A stretch of 63,909 nucleotides of DNA, counting the filler, from Bigelowiella natans CCMP2755 (Eukaryota; Protista; Cercozoa): the NCBI GenBank assembly GCA_000320545.1. It is 9 parts of 9 records of this genome, joined end to end, with 100 filler letters (N's around TTAATTAATTAA, not from the genome) between each part and the next. Parts side by side here need not be neighbours in the genome. Positions count along the whole stretch, not along the records: positions 49,601 to 59,919 come from ADNK01002730.1; positions 60,020 to 63,909 come from ADNK01003356.1; 7 more parts are not named here. The stretch is one strand, 5' to 3'. Shown piece after piece: positions 53,705 through 63,909 of this stretch. Made by a program: the position numbers and the translations under genes. The first letter of the stretch is position 1. The number at the start of each line of letters is the position of its first letter. Below the pieces are notes generated by a model that worked only from the letters and a program-made list of their open reading frames with translations, had not been told where the DNA came from and did not search any database.

Positions 53705-54466
53705 ATGGCTGTTCGTGACATGGATAGCGACAGTTTCGTGAGCGTGCATCGTACGGGTTCCTCGGACACCACCATGTCTGTTGCCATGGAACCTGAGCTT
53801 AGTTTGAGGCTTTGTGCAGAGAACACCCCATACCACACAAAAGCTTCGAATAGGAAGCTGACTGATTCAGAGTTCGTCAGAGGACTGACACAAGAGGTAA
53901 TCAGAGATTTAGGATTTTTTTTCCATTTCTCCCTCTAGCCCTAAATTTCGTTGAATTTGGTACGAAAATACCGACCATACGTTTTTGTTCTTCAGATTTC
54001 CGAGGAAACCGTCTCGACAATATCCACTCTGTCAGACGATGACAGCTCCGACGAATTTGCACGGAGAGAAATCAATGACAAGAGAAAGCGCGTGCGCTTC
54101 TACGAATCTGAAAAACGCAATAGGCGTCAAGAAAATGATTACAGTCACCGTCGCTACCCATATGACGATCATAAACATGGTAAAACGAGCCTAGTACATC
54201 GAAGAGATGATCCTATTGGAGTACTGCGTTCTCGTCATCGTATTCGAGACGATGGGCTTTATTTTAGTGAAGTTGATGATATGCATGTTCCCCACTTTGT
54301 AAAAGAATATGTGAAATTCGGGGGTGAGCAAATGGCAGTTGAAGACGAGGATATGAAACGTCGGTACATTGAAGAAACCAGACGCCTTCGTGCCATGAAG
54401 ATGAAGGATGCTGGCATGTGTAGTACGGGATGCTCTAAAGGCTCTCCCTTCTGCATAATATCATAA
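53705..54466 (+). CDS. Hydrophilic hypothetical protein ending in a CaaX box; two exons (~53705-53896, 53996-54466)
   Basis: In-frame GT-AG join LTQE|ISEE; C-terminus MCSTGCSKGSPFCIIS*. Confidence 0.65.
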
Positions 54467-55419
54467 CTATTATTGAGATCATAGATCATAACTACATTCC
54501 CCCCTGAATTGGAAAGAGAAATAGGTAGAACACAAATGAACATGGTCGATTTTAGAACCAGTATGTTCTCCTTAGATGTTATGAACTTCTTCTCACCGTC
54601 GTAAACGATGGTAATACATACAGCACGTATTAGGCGCCTAGAAAGAAAATAGGCATATTGAAATATGGAAAATGTTTTTAAGGTCACATCCTCGTAAACT
54701 AGTAGAGACACCTCAGTATGACATATAGCTAAATTCGGTCTAGCTATACGTAGAAATACAGATTTAGTCTGATTAGATAACAAAAAGTACTTGCACAGAT
54801 TGTTTCAAATTGATAAGTAAAGGCAGTCACGTTATATAACGATTTCATTTTATTTGCATGTTTATTGGACTCTACAAACGATATATGCAAAGTGCAACCG
54901 TGATCGATAATATCTTGCAATGGTGATGTATGCGCTGAATGACAACGCATGCGTTCATAGCGAGATGTGTTCCGCTGTCTCTATGACGCGTTGCTACCGT
55001 AAGTTTAAGATCCCAGCGTGTGTGCGCATGCAATAACATAGCATGCAATCGATGTCACACGTAGTAAGCACTCACCTACTTGACACATGCGCTACTGGCT
55101 TTAGAGCGTACATGTTTGTGTCTGCTAGCTAGTCACCACGTACAGTAACCTTAGCAATGCGTTGATTCGCTTCGAATTTTAACGATAAATAACTTGTAGA
55201 CGCACGTGCTTGGCTCAACTGATAGAAGCTAGGATTTGTGACTGCTTTCAATGGAAACTAGACAATGCATATATCTAGCATATACCATCTATAATAATGC
55301 AAATACTCTCATGTGATGTAGTGATGGCATATGGAACACAGCTTACTGCTACTCGCAATTATCTTTTCTAACATGTCCTTGTTGCTCATCTAGCTTTTGC
55401 GTCTAGAGCCTGAGCTCCA

Positions 55420-56677
55420 CAAGATTCCGTGAAAATGCTCTTAGCATCAAAATTCTTTTCCACAAGCTTGTCCAGTGGCATTGGTGCGTGGATCATTTTC
55501 ATCGCCTAATTTGTTAAATGAGTGGAAATTTTATGAAAGTGCAAATGAAAGTGGCACTTGTCCGTAACCTTCATTAGGTTTCCCGATTTCCTTTGATAGT
55601 TTGTATGGGAACTCTTGAGAATTTCCATTTCTGCATCCAGCTTGGAAATTTTCAAATGAAGGTACCACTAAGGCAATGGCGAAACATGAAGCATTTAGCT
55701 CTGAAATCATAATCTAGGATTGATTGGTACAAACCGCATAAATGGAGATTGCTAGAATTCCCAAAGCAAGGCCATAAAGGAAGGACCAAATTATGACTCC
55801 ACGCATCTATGACGTGAAAGTTTATCTTGTAATCGATCCGCATCATAGAGTTGTTGAATTACCTTCATTCTCACTGTGCTTGAATCCCATAGAAAGGAGG
55901 CGTACACTGGAGTGTATGTTAATTCGTTAGATGACGATCAATAGTCACGTGAATGATGAACTAACCATGTGTTGAATTCTTGTACAACACCCACAGGTTG
56001 AAAATACTGATGGTAGCCCACATAAGGCAATAAGCCATGCGAAGGAGCATGGTATTGGATGTAAGATCCTGAAAAAAAAAAAATATTGGTATCCACATCT
56101 CATTTTAGCGCTGCCTTTACTTCAAGCTACCTCTTCACCATGTAGTGATTTGTAGAGGGGAGACACAGTGGATCGGTATACTGTCCCCACAGACATCTCA
56201 GGGGGTGGATGGGCTCGACGATGGCGGAGAGTGGCCGGGTCTTGTGTTGCCTTCCGAATTAAATGCTTTATTTTATGTCTTGGAACGGACTACGTTTTAC
56301 CTCTACGACATCTCATTGCCACATTATTTTGTGGAAATCGCGTCTAGCAGGGGTAAATTCCCGCGAAGCTGTTTCCATGGAGCAGGGCGAGAATACCTTT
56401 CAAATACCGACGAAATATCTTACATATTTTTTCTAAATAAGCTCCCTTTCTTGTAGCCCATGACGGAGAACGGCGACGCTTTCTCCTTTCTGGAAGTTGA
56501 ACACCTGAATATATCCTGGATAATTTTTCCATTTTTGAGACCACGAAATCTATCCGATAGTACGCTCGCACGCCGTACCACGAAGCTCTGATCGCGATTC
56601 GCTCCCCTCCTGTTCGGGCAGCATTTGCAGTTGCTTAGAAGGCCCTCAATCCCCATCAGATCTTCAAGATGTTCCAA
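55420..56677 (-). CDS. Small multi-exon hypothetical membrane protein
   Basis: Exons MLLRMAYCLMWATISIFNLW, VYASFLWDS, GVIIWSFLYGLALGILAISIY. Ends uncertain. Confidence 0.4.
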
Positions 56678-56789
56678 GTGAAGCGTTGGCGCGCCCAGGT
56701 CGTGCTCTTGTATTTAAAAATCATTCACCATCGAAAAATCCAGTATGAATCCTAATCACGCCTAACACGTCAGGACGAAGGTGGGGACG

Positions 56790-58215
56790 ATGAAGAGGGC
56801 AAAAGCATATCCCTGGCTATTATCGAAAAAAAGAAGGAGATATTAGTATCCCCAAAATGTAAGAAAGCAAAAAAGAAAAGCAAGGAGAAGAAGAAAAAGA
56901 AGAAGCGCAAGAGAGAATTGGAACCCGAGAACGACGAGAATGATAACATCCTTGAAACCGAAGAGAAAAGCGATGAGGGGAACTCACCTGCTCAAAACAC
57001 AGCTAATAAAGAATACGCTTCTGATAAATTGAGTAAGAAGACGAAGAAGAAGACGACGACGACGACGACGACGAAGAAGAAGAAGAACAAGAAGAAGAAG
57101 GAGAAGGAAAAAAGTAGTAAGAATGCGGAATCTGGAGTGAAGGACAGCGAGCTATCAAAGCCAACAAAGATGAAGACGGGCGAGAAGAAGGCCAAAAAAC
57201 GGAAGACACAAGAGTCAGATGCGAGTAAGATGAGTGATGTGTGAAGTAAACTCCAAAATCCCCCCCCCCCCCCCCCCCCCTTTTCCAGATCTCGGTTGTG
57301 CGCATCATGTGAAATTATTGAAAATTGTTGCCGTTCGCTATGTATGGCATATTCTGTAGGTCTGGCTCCTTCTTCGATATCTTCCACAGAGCCGCCAACG
57401 TCCCCTGTTTCTCCGGTGAAACACAAATCCATGAACCACGAGGCCATCAAGGACACGTCGAAATCCCCCCCTTCCAAAGAGAATGATGATGGATTTTCTG
57501 GCGAGAAAACAACGGAGACGGCGCAGCCTCAGAATGACGACAAGAAAGGAAAGAATAGAACGTTGGGAGGCCGCAAGGACAACGAACGGGGAAGGGCAAG
57601 CATTAATCTGGAAGGAGAGGGTATCGACATCGAAGCAGCCGGACTTAATGATAGAATCGTTGGAGCAGCGAGGACAGCAGGCATTCAGAAGCTTTTTCCT
57701 GTTCAGGCTGCTGTTGTTCCTCTCGCTCTCCAGGCAATGTTCCATGATAATTGTTTGTGTGTGTGTGCGTGTGTGTGTGTGTGCGCGCGCGCGATTGTTT
57801 GCTTGTTTGTGGTTGCGTGCTTGAAGATACTCATAATGTTCCCCTCCTCCTCCTCCTCCTCATCCTCCTCCTCCTCCCCTCTTGGGTATGCGTAGTGCTA
57901 TGAGGAGCACGACCTGTGCGTCTCTGCCCCAACTGGAAGTGGGAAGACCTTAGCATATGCTCTTCCGGTATTGCTATTTCTGCTGCTTCATCTATTAATT
58001 GTTCGCCATCGATGATCGTACTTTGATTATATGTGGTTGTTATCATCGTCTTTAATCAAGGTGCTGAATGCGCTGGAATCCCGAGCTGTTTGCCGACTTC
58101 GCGCACTTGTCATGGTCCCCACACGGTATGCGTATGTTTTTGATATTATGTGATGATGGTGGCGGTGCTCTCTCTCTCTCACTCTCTTTCTTCTCGATTA
58201 TTCGCAATGTTTCAA

Positions 58216-58262
<47 letters not shown>

Positions 58263-58904
58263 TAGGGATCTGGCAATTCAAGTGTATTCAGTGTTCCAAA
58301 GGTATCTCATCATCGAATAGTACATCTGTGCAAGAGGAACGGGCGAAATAAAGCGGCTGGGGAGGGGGGGGGGGCGGAGAGAGACGGAGTGAAAGAGAAT
58401 AAAATACACTTTCGCACGCAACCGAAGTGACTGAGTAACCCCTGATTATCATGTAGATTCGCCCCTTCCCTTGGACTGTCAATATCAACGTGCATAGGAC
58501 AGGTGTTAATCAGAAGAAATGTGCTCAGCACAAGGGAGGGGGAATGATAGCCAATCATGCATAATCACACATTCGTGTAATGTCTCATTCCTACGTGTTT
58601 TTTGCGCAACAACTCGACGAATCGATGTGTGCTTGGGATCAACAAAAAAAAGGGGGAGGGGGGAGGGGGCACCATCACCGTGATATTCTATTCGCACATT
58701 ATGCTGCTGCTGCTGCTGAAGCCCATTACAACGTGTTGTGTCGTGTATATCATAATTTTGCATTATTATTGTTCATATTATAGCGCTCCTTCCATGCAGA
58801 GCAAATGGCCCTCTCCCCCATCGGTACTGCAACAACCACGACGATGATTTGATTCATGTATTGTATGATTAAGAGGGTGTGCGTTGTGCTTTCTCCCGCT
58901 TTCG

Positions 58905-58948
<44 letters not shown>

Positions 58949-59238
58949 GTACGTGTACGTGTGCACACACAAGCCATATCCCGCACAATTATATGTTTAA
59001 AATCATAGCTTGCCGTTATGTTGTACTACCTTCCTCGGATGTAATAGGAAATTCTTCATCCTCCTCATGGAGGATTGCGTCATCAGCCCCCTCCTCCTCT
59101 TCAGCGTCGTCACACGACGGAAGGAGTGGTGTAGATGTCCTCATTGCAACACCGGTATATTCTCTATTCTCCACAGAGGAAGATCAAGCGATGCATGCAG
59201 CTATTCATATACAGCGACGACGCATCATAAGCAAAATA

Positions 59239-59308
<70 letters not shown>

Positions 59309-59839
59309 TTGTGACGTTAGGGACGCCTGATTGACCACCTCGATAGCACCCCGGGATTTACTCTTGAATACCTGCAATTCCTCGTTATCGACGAGGTGGG
59401 GTGCTTACGCGCATTCGATCGCTGTTTGTTGATCGTGTTTATTGCATGTTGTTTGTTGTTTGTTGATGATGTTGCTTGACGATGGTGATGGCCATGATGA
59501 TGATCAAGGCAGTGGGACTTTCCTTCTTCTTCTTCGTCGTCGTCATCGTCGTCGTTATCTTGCCGATAATCCTTATTACCACATTGACGATGTGTGTGGT
59601 GGTTGTCCTTGTCGATTATCGTCGATCATCGAGTAATGGGTGTTCCATATTATGATGATAAATCATGGTTGTGCAATGATGCTGCTCGCAGGCTGATCGA
59701 TTGCTGGGCCAAAACTACCAAGGATGGGTGCCACGTGTCCTCGATGCAGCGTATCCGAAATCGTCGTCATCGCTTTACTCTTCCGGAAGAAGAGGCCTTG
59801 GAATGCGGTGTACCGCTTACACCAACGCGAAATTTATCG
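56790..59839 (+). CDS. DDX51: DEAD-box RNA helicase DDX51/Dbp6, multi-exon, 3' part lost at the gap
   Basis: Lys-rich N-terminus; Q motif [82 protein letters not shown]. Start approximate. Confidence 0.92.
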
Positions 59840-60134
59840 GTGAGTCATGTCTGCCCCTCCTTCCCCCCCCCTCCTTTTCCCTTGTGCCTTTTTAGCTGGG
59901 AATGTCGAGGTTGTGCTTTNNNNNNNNNNNNNNNNNNNNNNNNNNNNNNNNNNNNNNNNNNNNTTAATTAATTAANNNNNNNNNNNNNNNNNNNNNNNNN
60001 NNNNNNNNNNNNNNNNNNNGAGATAAGGTTAGAGAGGAATCTATTTCTCGGGTGGTTGATGAAAGTTCCGAAAAGCGATAAAGGTCTAAGGGGAATAAGG
60101 AAGGAAGGAAGGAGCAAACGTGACTTGGGGGAGG

Positions 60135-60461
60135 TGTAGTGCGTACTACTACGCGAGCACAAGTCACGTGCGACAACAAAGGGGTTTGTCGCGGATATAG
60201 AATATAGATAACGTAGATATTAATACAGTATAGGCACGTGGGTTCCGGCGGGACTCATGGCAGCACACCGGAAGTGTGCTGCCCCACGTGCGGCGGCATT
60301 CGCGAAAGCTTCGCGAATGATTACGCAGTGCACGATTTAACAAAAATATAATCTTTAATAAAAATAAACAAAACTCTTCAAAAGGAAGCAAACGTGCCTT
60401 TCCCCCCCCCTGCCTACTTGTGCACGTAGCGCCTCGGCCTGTGAACACCTTACGCGCAACA
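60135..60461 (+). repeat. LTR of copy 3
   Basis: TGTAG...CAACA; differs from the other LTRs by a few substitutions. Confidence 0.93.
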
Positions 60462-60466
60462 ACCTT

Positions 60467-60484
60467 TGGCTTCCACACACGGGA
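60467..60484 (+). promoter_or_regulatory. Putative primer-binding site
   Basis: TGGCTTCCACACACGGGA, 5 nt after the LTR. Its complement ends in G-CCA like a tRNA 3' end. Also at 5857-5874 on the minus strand. Confidence 0.65.
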
Positions 60485-60500
60485 AACGATTTGACTAACA

Positions 60501-63500
60501 ATGTCACAGCAGCTAGAAGAACAGCAGGACTTTGGCTCGCAGGCCGTGCAAGGGCACGAGCAGAAACAGGAAAGGAAGGGCGATACGGACGCTAAGGAAG
60601 GAGGAGGAACACCTCCACAGGCACCGCCGGGACCAGCACCCGGGATTAAGAAAGCAGATGCAGCAGCAGAGGCACTGGAGAACTTCTACGAGGCGGACGA
60701 CGAGGACGTGGCCGCCGAAAGCAAGAAGGTCGTAATGGCATTACGAGCCTTGCGACCCAGGGCGAGCAACTACGCCAAACTGAAAGTATCGATAGAATAC
60801 AAGTATCAGACACATGATGTTTGGGCAGCTATCATGCAGGACATCATGGATTACGAAGCAGACTTACCTCCAGAGTGGGCAGCTTTGTTTAGGAACGACG
60901 GGGGTCTGGGCGCCTCGCGGGGGACGACCCAGAGCACCGTCAAGCAGCAGCAGCCGGTACAGCGGAACACCCAGTTCATGTCTGTTAAAACAGCACCGGT
61001 TATGATAACGAAATACAACGGGAAAAGAGGTGAGGCAAGGAGGTGGTGGAAGAACGCTAGGAGTATACTCTGCGACTTTACCCCTAACCCCACCGAAAAC
61101 GACAAGCTCAAATGGCTAGCTATAATAAAGCAAGCCATGGACCTTTACGAGACAGGCAGGACCCGGATCAGGCAGCTGGAGAAAATACACACTACAGTTA
61201 GTGGGCTACGAGACGTTGAGGCGATAATGAAGGCTTTTGTAAATGAACAGGATGCTAACTCCCTACCCCAGGCTATTAGAAAATACAGAGCAATGATGCA
61301 GCATGAGAGAGAACCTGTTAGAGACTTTGCCACGCGCTTCCAGGATATGATCGACGAACTACATGATTTTAATTACAACACAGGTGATGATCAGGCAAGG
61401 TTTGAAGAGTTCAAGTTAAAGATAAAGGAATCCACTTACGTTACGGAGAAAGGCTACACCACGATGGAGGCAGCAGTGCAGGCTATATCCCTACGCGAGC
61501 AGGAGCAGGACCGCAAGTTTACCAGCCCTAAGGTACCTGGCATAGGAAACATTAACGCTATTAAGCCGCAGCGAGACTGGTACAAGGACAGGGAAGGTAA
61601 CCGACGTTGCGGATACTGCTCACGTAAAGGGAAACACACCGCTAAAGACTGCAGAGACAGGAAAGAAGGACGACCCAGGATGACGATCAGGCAGCTCAAC
61701 GAACACTACGAGAAGTTAAAGAGAAAGAAAGGCAGAGGACAAGGATATAACAACAGCAAATGGCAAGGCAGCAACAACGGGAAGAACAATAAATATAAGA
61801 ACAAAAAGCAGAACAGTATCAATGCTATACAGCAGCAGATAAACGGAATATTAGATCACCTTAAGCAGGCGCCGACGAAGACAGCAGTACCAGCAACGCA
61901 GGACCAAGACAAGCCCATGACCCTAGACGACATAAAGAACTTAGGAGTATGCAACATTAATGACGAAGACGCTAACAGGACTATCAAAGTTGCTATGACC
62001 AAGGTTAAAGTTAAAGACAGCTACGGAGACTACAAGAAACTACCTGCCCTTTGGGATAGTGGCAGCATGCCGAAGTCCTTCATAAGCCTAAGCACAGTAA
62101 GAAGGTTAGGACTATTGGATCAAGTGACTAAGAAAGAACGTAAATATGCTCAAGCAGACGGAAGCTCTTCCATGAAGACCGTCGGTGAGCTAATGCTAAA
62201 GCTACAGATACCTGGCAGCGACGCGGAGACCCAAATCAAGACCCGAGTAGCCATGACTTTATCCATGGAACTACTCCTCGGACAGGATGCCCTAGAAAAA
62301 TTAGGGGGGATCATATCATTCTACAATCACAAGATATACTTTGCTAAGTTGCCAAAGAAGTCAGGCAGGACCATCAGCCAGAACATGATACGGCTTGACG
62401 AGTGGACCTCTGAGTCAAGCGTTAATGCGTTAGAGTTTATGGACCTAGCGGACAACAAGCTACCTACACCTACCGAGCTACGGAAGAAGAACCCCGGCAA
62501 GACCATCCGACAGATAACGGAGCTACTGGACAAGACCCCCCCAGCTGATGATTGGGATATCGACAAAGGCAAAAAGTACATTAATAAAATATTAAACGAG
62601 AAGTACTCTGACATCACCAAGCCGACGACGAAGCCCTCCAGCAAGCTTACCCCAGTAAAGATCGAGCTAAAGAAGGGATACGAAGAGTGCATCATCAATG
62701 ACCCAGAACATAGGCGACCGGAAGCGGACTGGGAAAAGATAGAGTGGCAGATCAATGAATGGGCAAAGGAAGGGAAGATAGAGCCAAGCAACTCACCATG
62801 GAACGTGAGACATGTGCTAGCTAAGAAACCTACTTACCCTTTCTTCCGCCTGGCGCACAACTTCATCCGCCACAACCGAGTAATAAAGAGGATCCAGACA
62901 CCTACACCAAGGATAGATGACGTTATTGAACACGTCATAGGATACAAATACTACTCTTCCCTAGATAAAAATGAATCATACATGCAGACACCCATCCACA
63001 AAACCTCCCGCCCCATTACCGCGTTCTCCAGCAGGCACAGGAAGTGGCACTTCGTCGTATTCCCTTACGGCCTAAGCATATCAGGGGATGCGTTCAGTAG
63101 TCAGAACTACAGGGCATACACACATGATGGGATGGCGTCTGTGTTGTGGGTGTTTGTGTTTGTGTATGTGGATGATGACATAATATGTACCAACACAGTC
63201 GTCGCTCAGATCTTCCTCCTGGAAAATATATTTATTAGGTTTGCACACTTCGGTTTTACTATTAGACTGCAGAAGTGTACATTCCTAGCTACAAGAATCA
63301 AGTGGTGTGGATATTACCTGGAGCAAGGCCGCATCACCCCAAACCCCGAGAAAGTAGCAGCACTACAGCAAGCCCCTAAACCTAAGAATGCAAAGGAGTT
63401 AAAGTCATTCTTGCAGACTGCAGCTTGGATACTACGTAGGTTCTCCCCTACCTACGCTAGGACTGCAGCTGCTTTTACTACTGCTTACCGGAAGGAGAAC

Positions 63501-63909
63501 TCTGTAGGCCTCAGCTTCGCTAAGGTGTGGGCCAAGGCTGGCCTTGATGCCCACTTCGATAACCTAATAAAGTTATGCAGCAACACCCTATTGAATGCTA
63601 AGCTAGACACTACTAGACCAGCTACCCTATGGACAGACTGGTCTAAGCTAGGTATGGCTGCTGTACTTACCCAAGACCAGCAGATCATACGGGTGTGGGG
63701 CAGGGCCTGTACAGCAGCTGAGGCCAAATACAGCCCTACAAAAGGAGAGTATAAAGCCATGACTGAGGCGCAGAGGAAACTAAGATACTACCTGCTGTCG
63801 GTGCCCAGCTTCACCTTAATGACTGACCACAAGCCCCTCCTAGGCATCAACCGCAAGCTCGAAGCGCCTAACGATGAGTATGCAGCTATGAGGGCGGACA
63901 CGGAAGAGT
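60501..63909 (+). CDS. gag-pol: Single-ORF Gag-PR-RT-RNaseH polyprotein, open at the window end (so absent from the ORF track)
   Basis: I found no stop or frameshift reading from gag through protease ALWDSGS (~62047-62067), LLLGQDAL, IEPSNSPWN, YVDD (63165-63176) and RNase H. Confidence 0.93.
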   Translation, partial: MSQQLEEQQDFGSQAVQGHEQKQERKGDTDAKEGGGTPPQAPPGPAPGIKKADAAAEALENFYEADDEDVAAESKKVVMALRALRPRASNYAKLKVSIEYKYQTHDVWAAIMQDIMDYEADLPPEWAALFRNDGGLGASRGTTQSTVKQQQPVQRNTQFMSVKTAPVMITKYNGKRGEARRWWKNARSILCDFTPNPTENDKLKWLAIIKQAMDLYETGRTRIRQLEKIHTTVSGLRDVEAIMKAFVNEQDANSLPQAIRKYRAMMQHEREPVRDFATRFQDMIDELHDFNYNTGDDQARFEEFKLKIKESTYVTEKGYTTMEAAVQAISLREQEQDRKFTSPKVPGIGNINAIKPQRDWYKDREGNRRCGYCSRKGKHTAKDCRDRKEGRPRMTIRQLNEHYEKLKRKKGRGQGYNNSKWQGSNNGKNNKYKNKKQNSINAIQQQINGILDHLKQAPTKTAVPATQDQDKPMTLDDIKNLGVCNINDEDANRTIKVAMTKVKVKDSYGDYKKLPALWDSGSMPKSFISLSTVRRLGLLDQVTKKERKYAQADGSSSMKTVGELMLKLQIPGSDAETQIKTRVAMTLSMELLLGQDALEKLGGIISFYNHKIYFAKLPKKSGRTISQNMIRLDEWTSESSVNALEFMDLADNKLPTPTELRKKNPGKTIRQITELLDKTPPADDWDIDKGKKYINKILNEKYSDITKPTTKPSSKLTPVKIELKKGYEECIINDPEHRRPEADWEKIEWQINEWAKEGKIEPSNSPWNVRHVLAKKPTYPFFRLAHNFIRHNRVIKRIQTPTPRIDDVIEHVIGYKYYSSLDKNESYMQTPIHKTSRPITAFSSRHRKWHFVVFPYGLSISGDAFSSQNYRAYTHDGMASVLWVFVFVYVDDDIICTNTVVAQIFLLENIFIRFAHFGFTIRLQKCTFLATRIKWCGYYLEQGRITPNPEKVAALQQAPKPKNAKELKSFLQTAAWILRRFSPTYARTAAAFTTAYRKENSVGLSFAKVWAKAGLDAHFDNLIKLCSNTLLNAKLDTTRPATLWTDWSKLGMAAVLTQDQQIIRVWGRACTAAEAKYSPTKGEYKAMTEAQRKLRYYLLSVPSFTLMTDHKPLLGINRKLEAPNDEYAAMRADTEE

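Larger units (their letters stand above)
60020..63909 (+). mobile_element. Ty3/gypsy copy 3: 3' end of a preceding unit, shared LTR, and intact gag-pol running off the window
   Basis: 60020-60134 matches pol end/3' UTR/PPT (reverse complement of ~38861-38969, with contig-end errors); LTR 60135-60461; ORF from 60501. Confidence 0.95.

Overview
Gapped draft scaffold from an intron- and microsatellite-rich eukaryote. It has eight 100-bp N spacers, each carrying an artificial TTAATTAATTAA. The organism looks like a protist, possibly rhizarian, but this cannot be established from the sequence. Host genes recognisable from spliced exons: a REJ/GPS polycystin-1-like protein with a C-terminal PDZ-like domain, an LPCAT-like acyltransferase, CK2 alpha, a prolyl-4-hydroxylase-like 2OG oxygenase, RPL10A, an RGS + DUF4395-like membrane protein, an AGC kinase, a WD40 protein, DDX51/DBP6, and several orphans. 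The most notable content is three near-identical copies of one young Ty3/gypsy LTR retrotransposon (reconstructed about 5.7 kb, 326-bp LTRs, 4-bp TSD, single gag-pol ORF of about 1657 aa). Its integrase ends, where chromoviruses carry a chromodomain, in a domain that by eye resembles a degenerate DIRS/phage-Dam-type N6-adenine methyltransferase. The one copy with both flanks visible sits in a GATC-dense site. All three copies show odd structure: a scrambled 5' end, an inverted LTR tip, or a shared-LTR tandem. Regions downstream of genes repeatedly show a purine/pyrimidine-alternating, palindrome-rich composition. All domain calls are from motif recognition by eye, not database searches, and exon boundaries are approximate.
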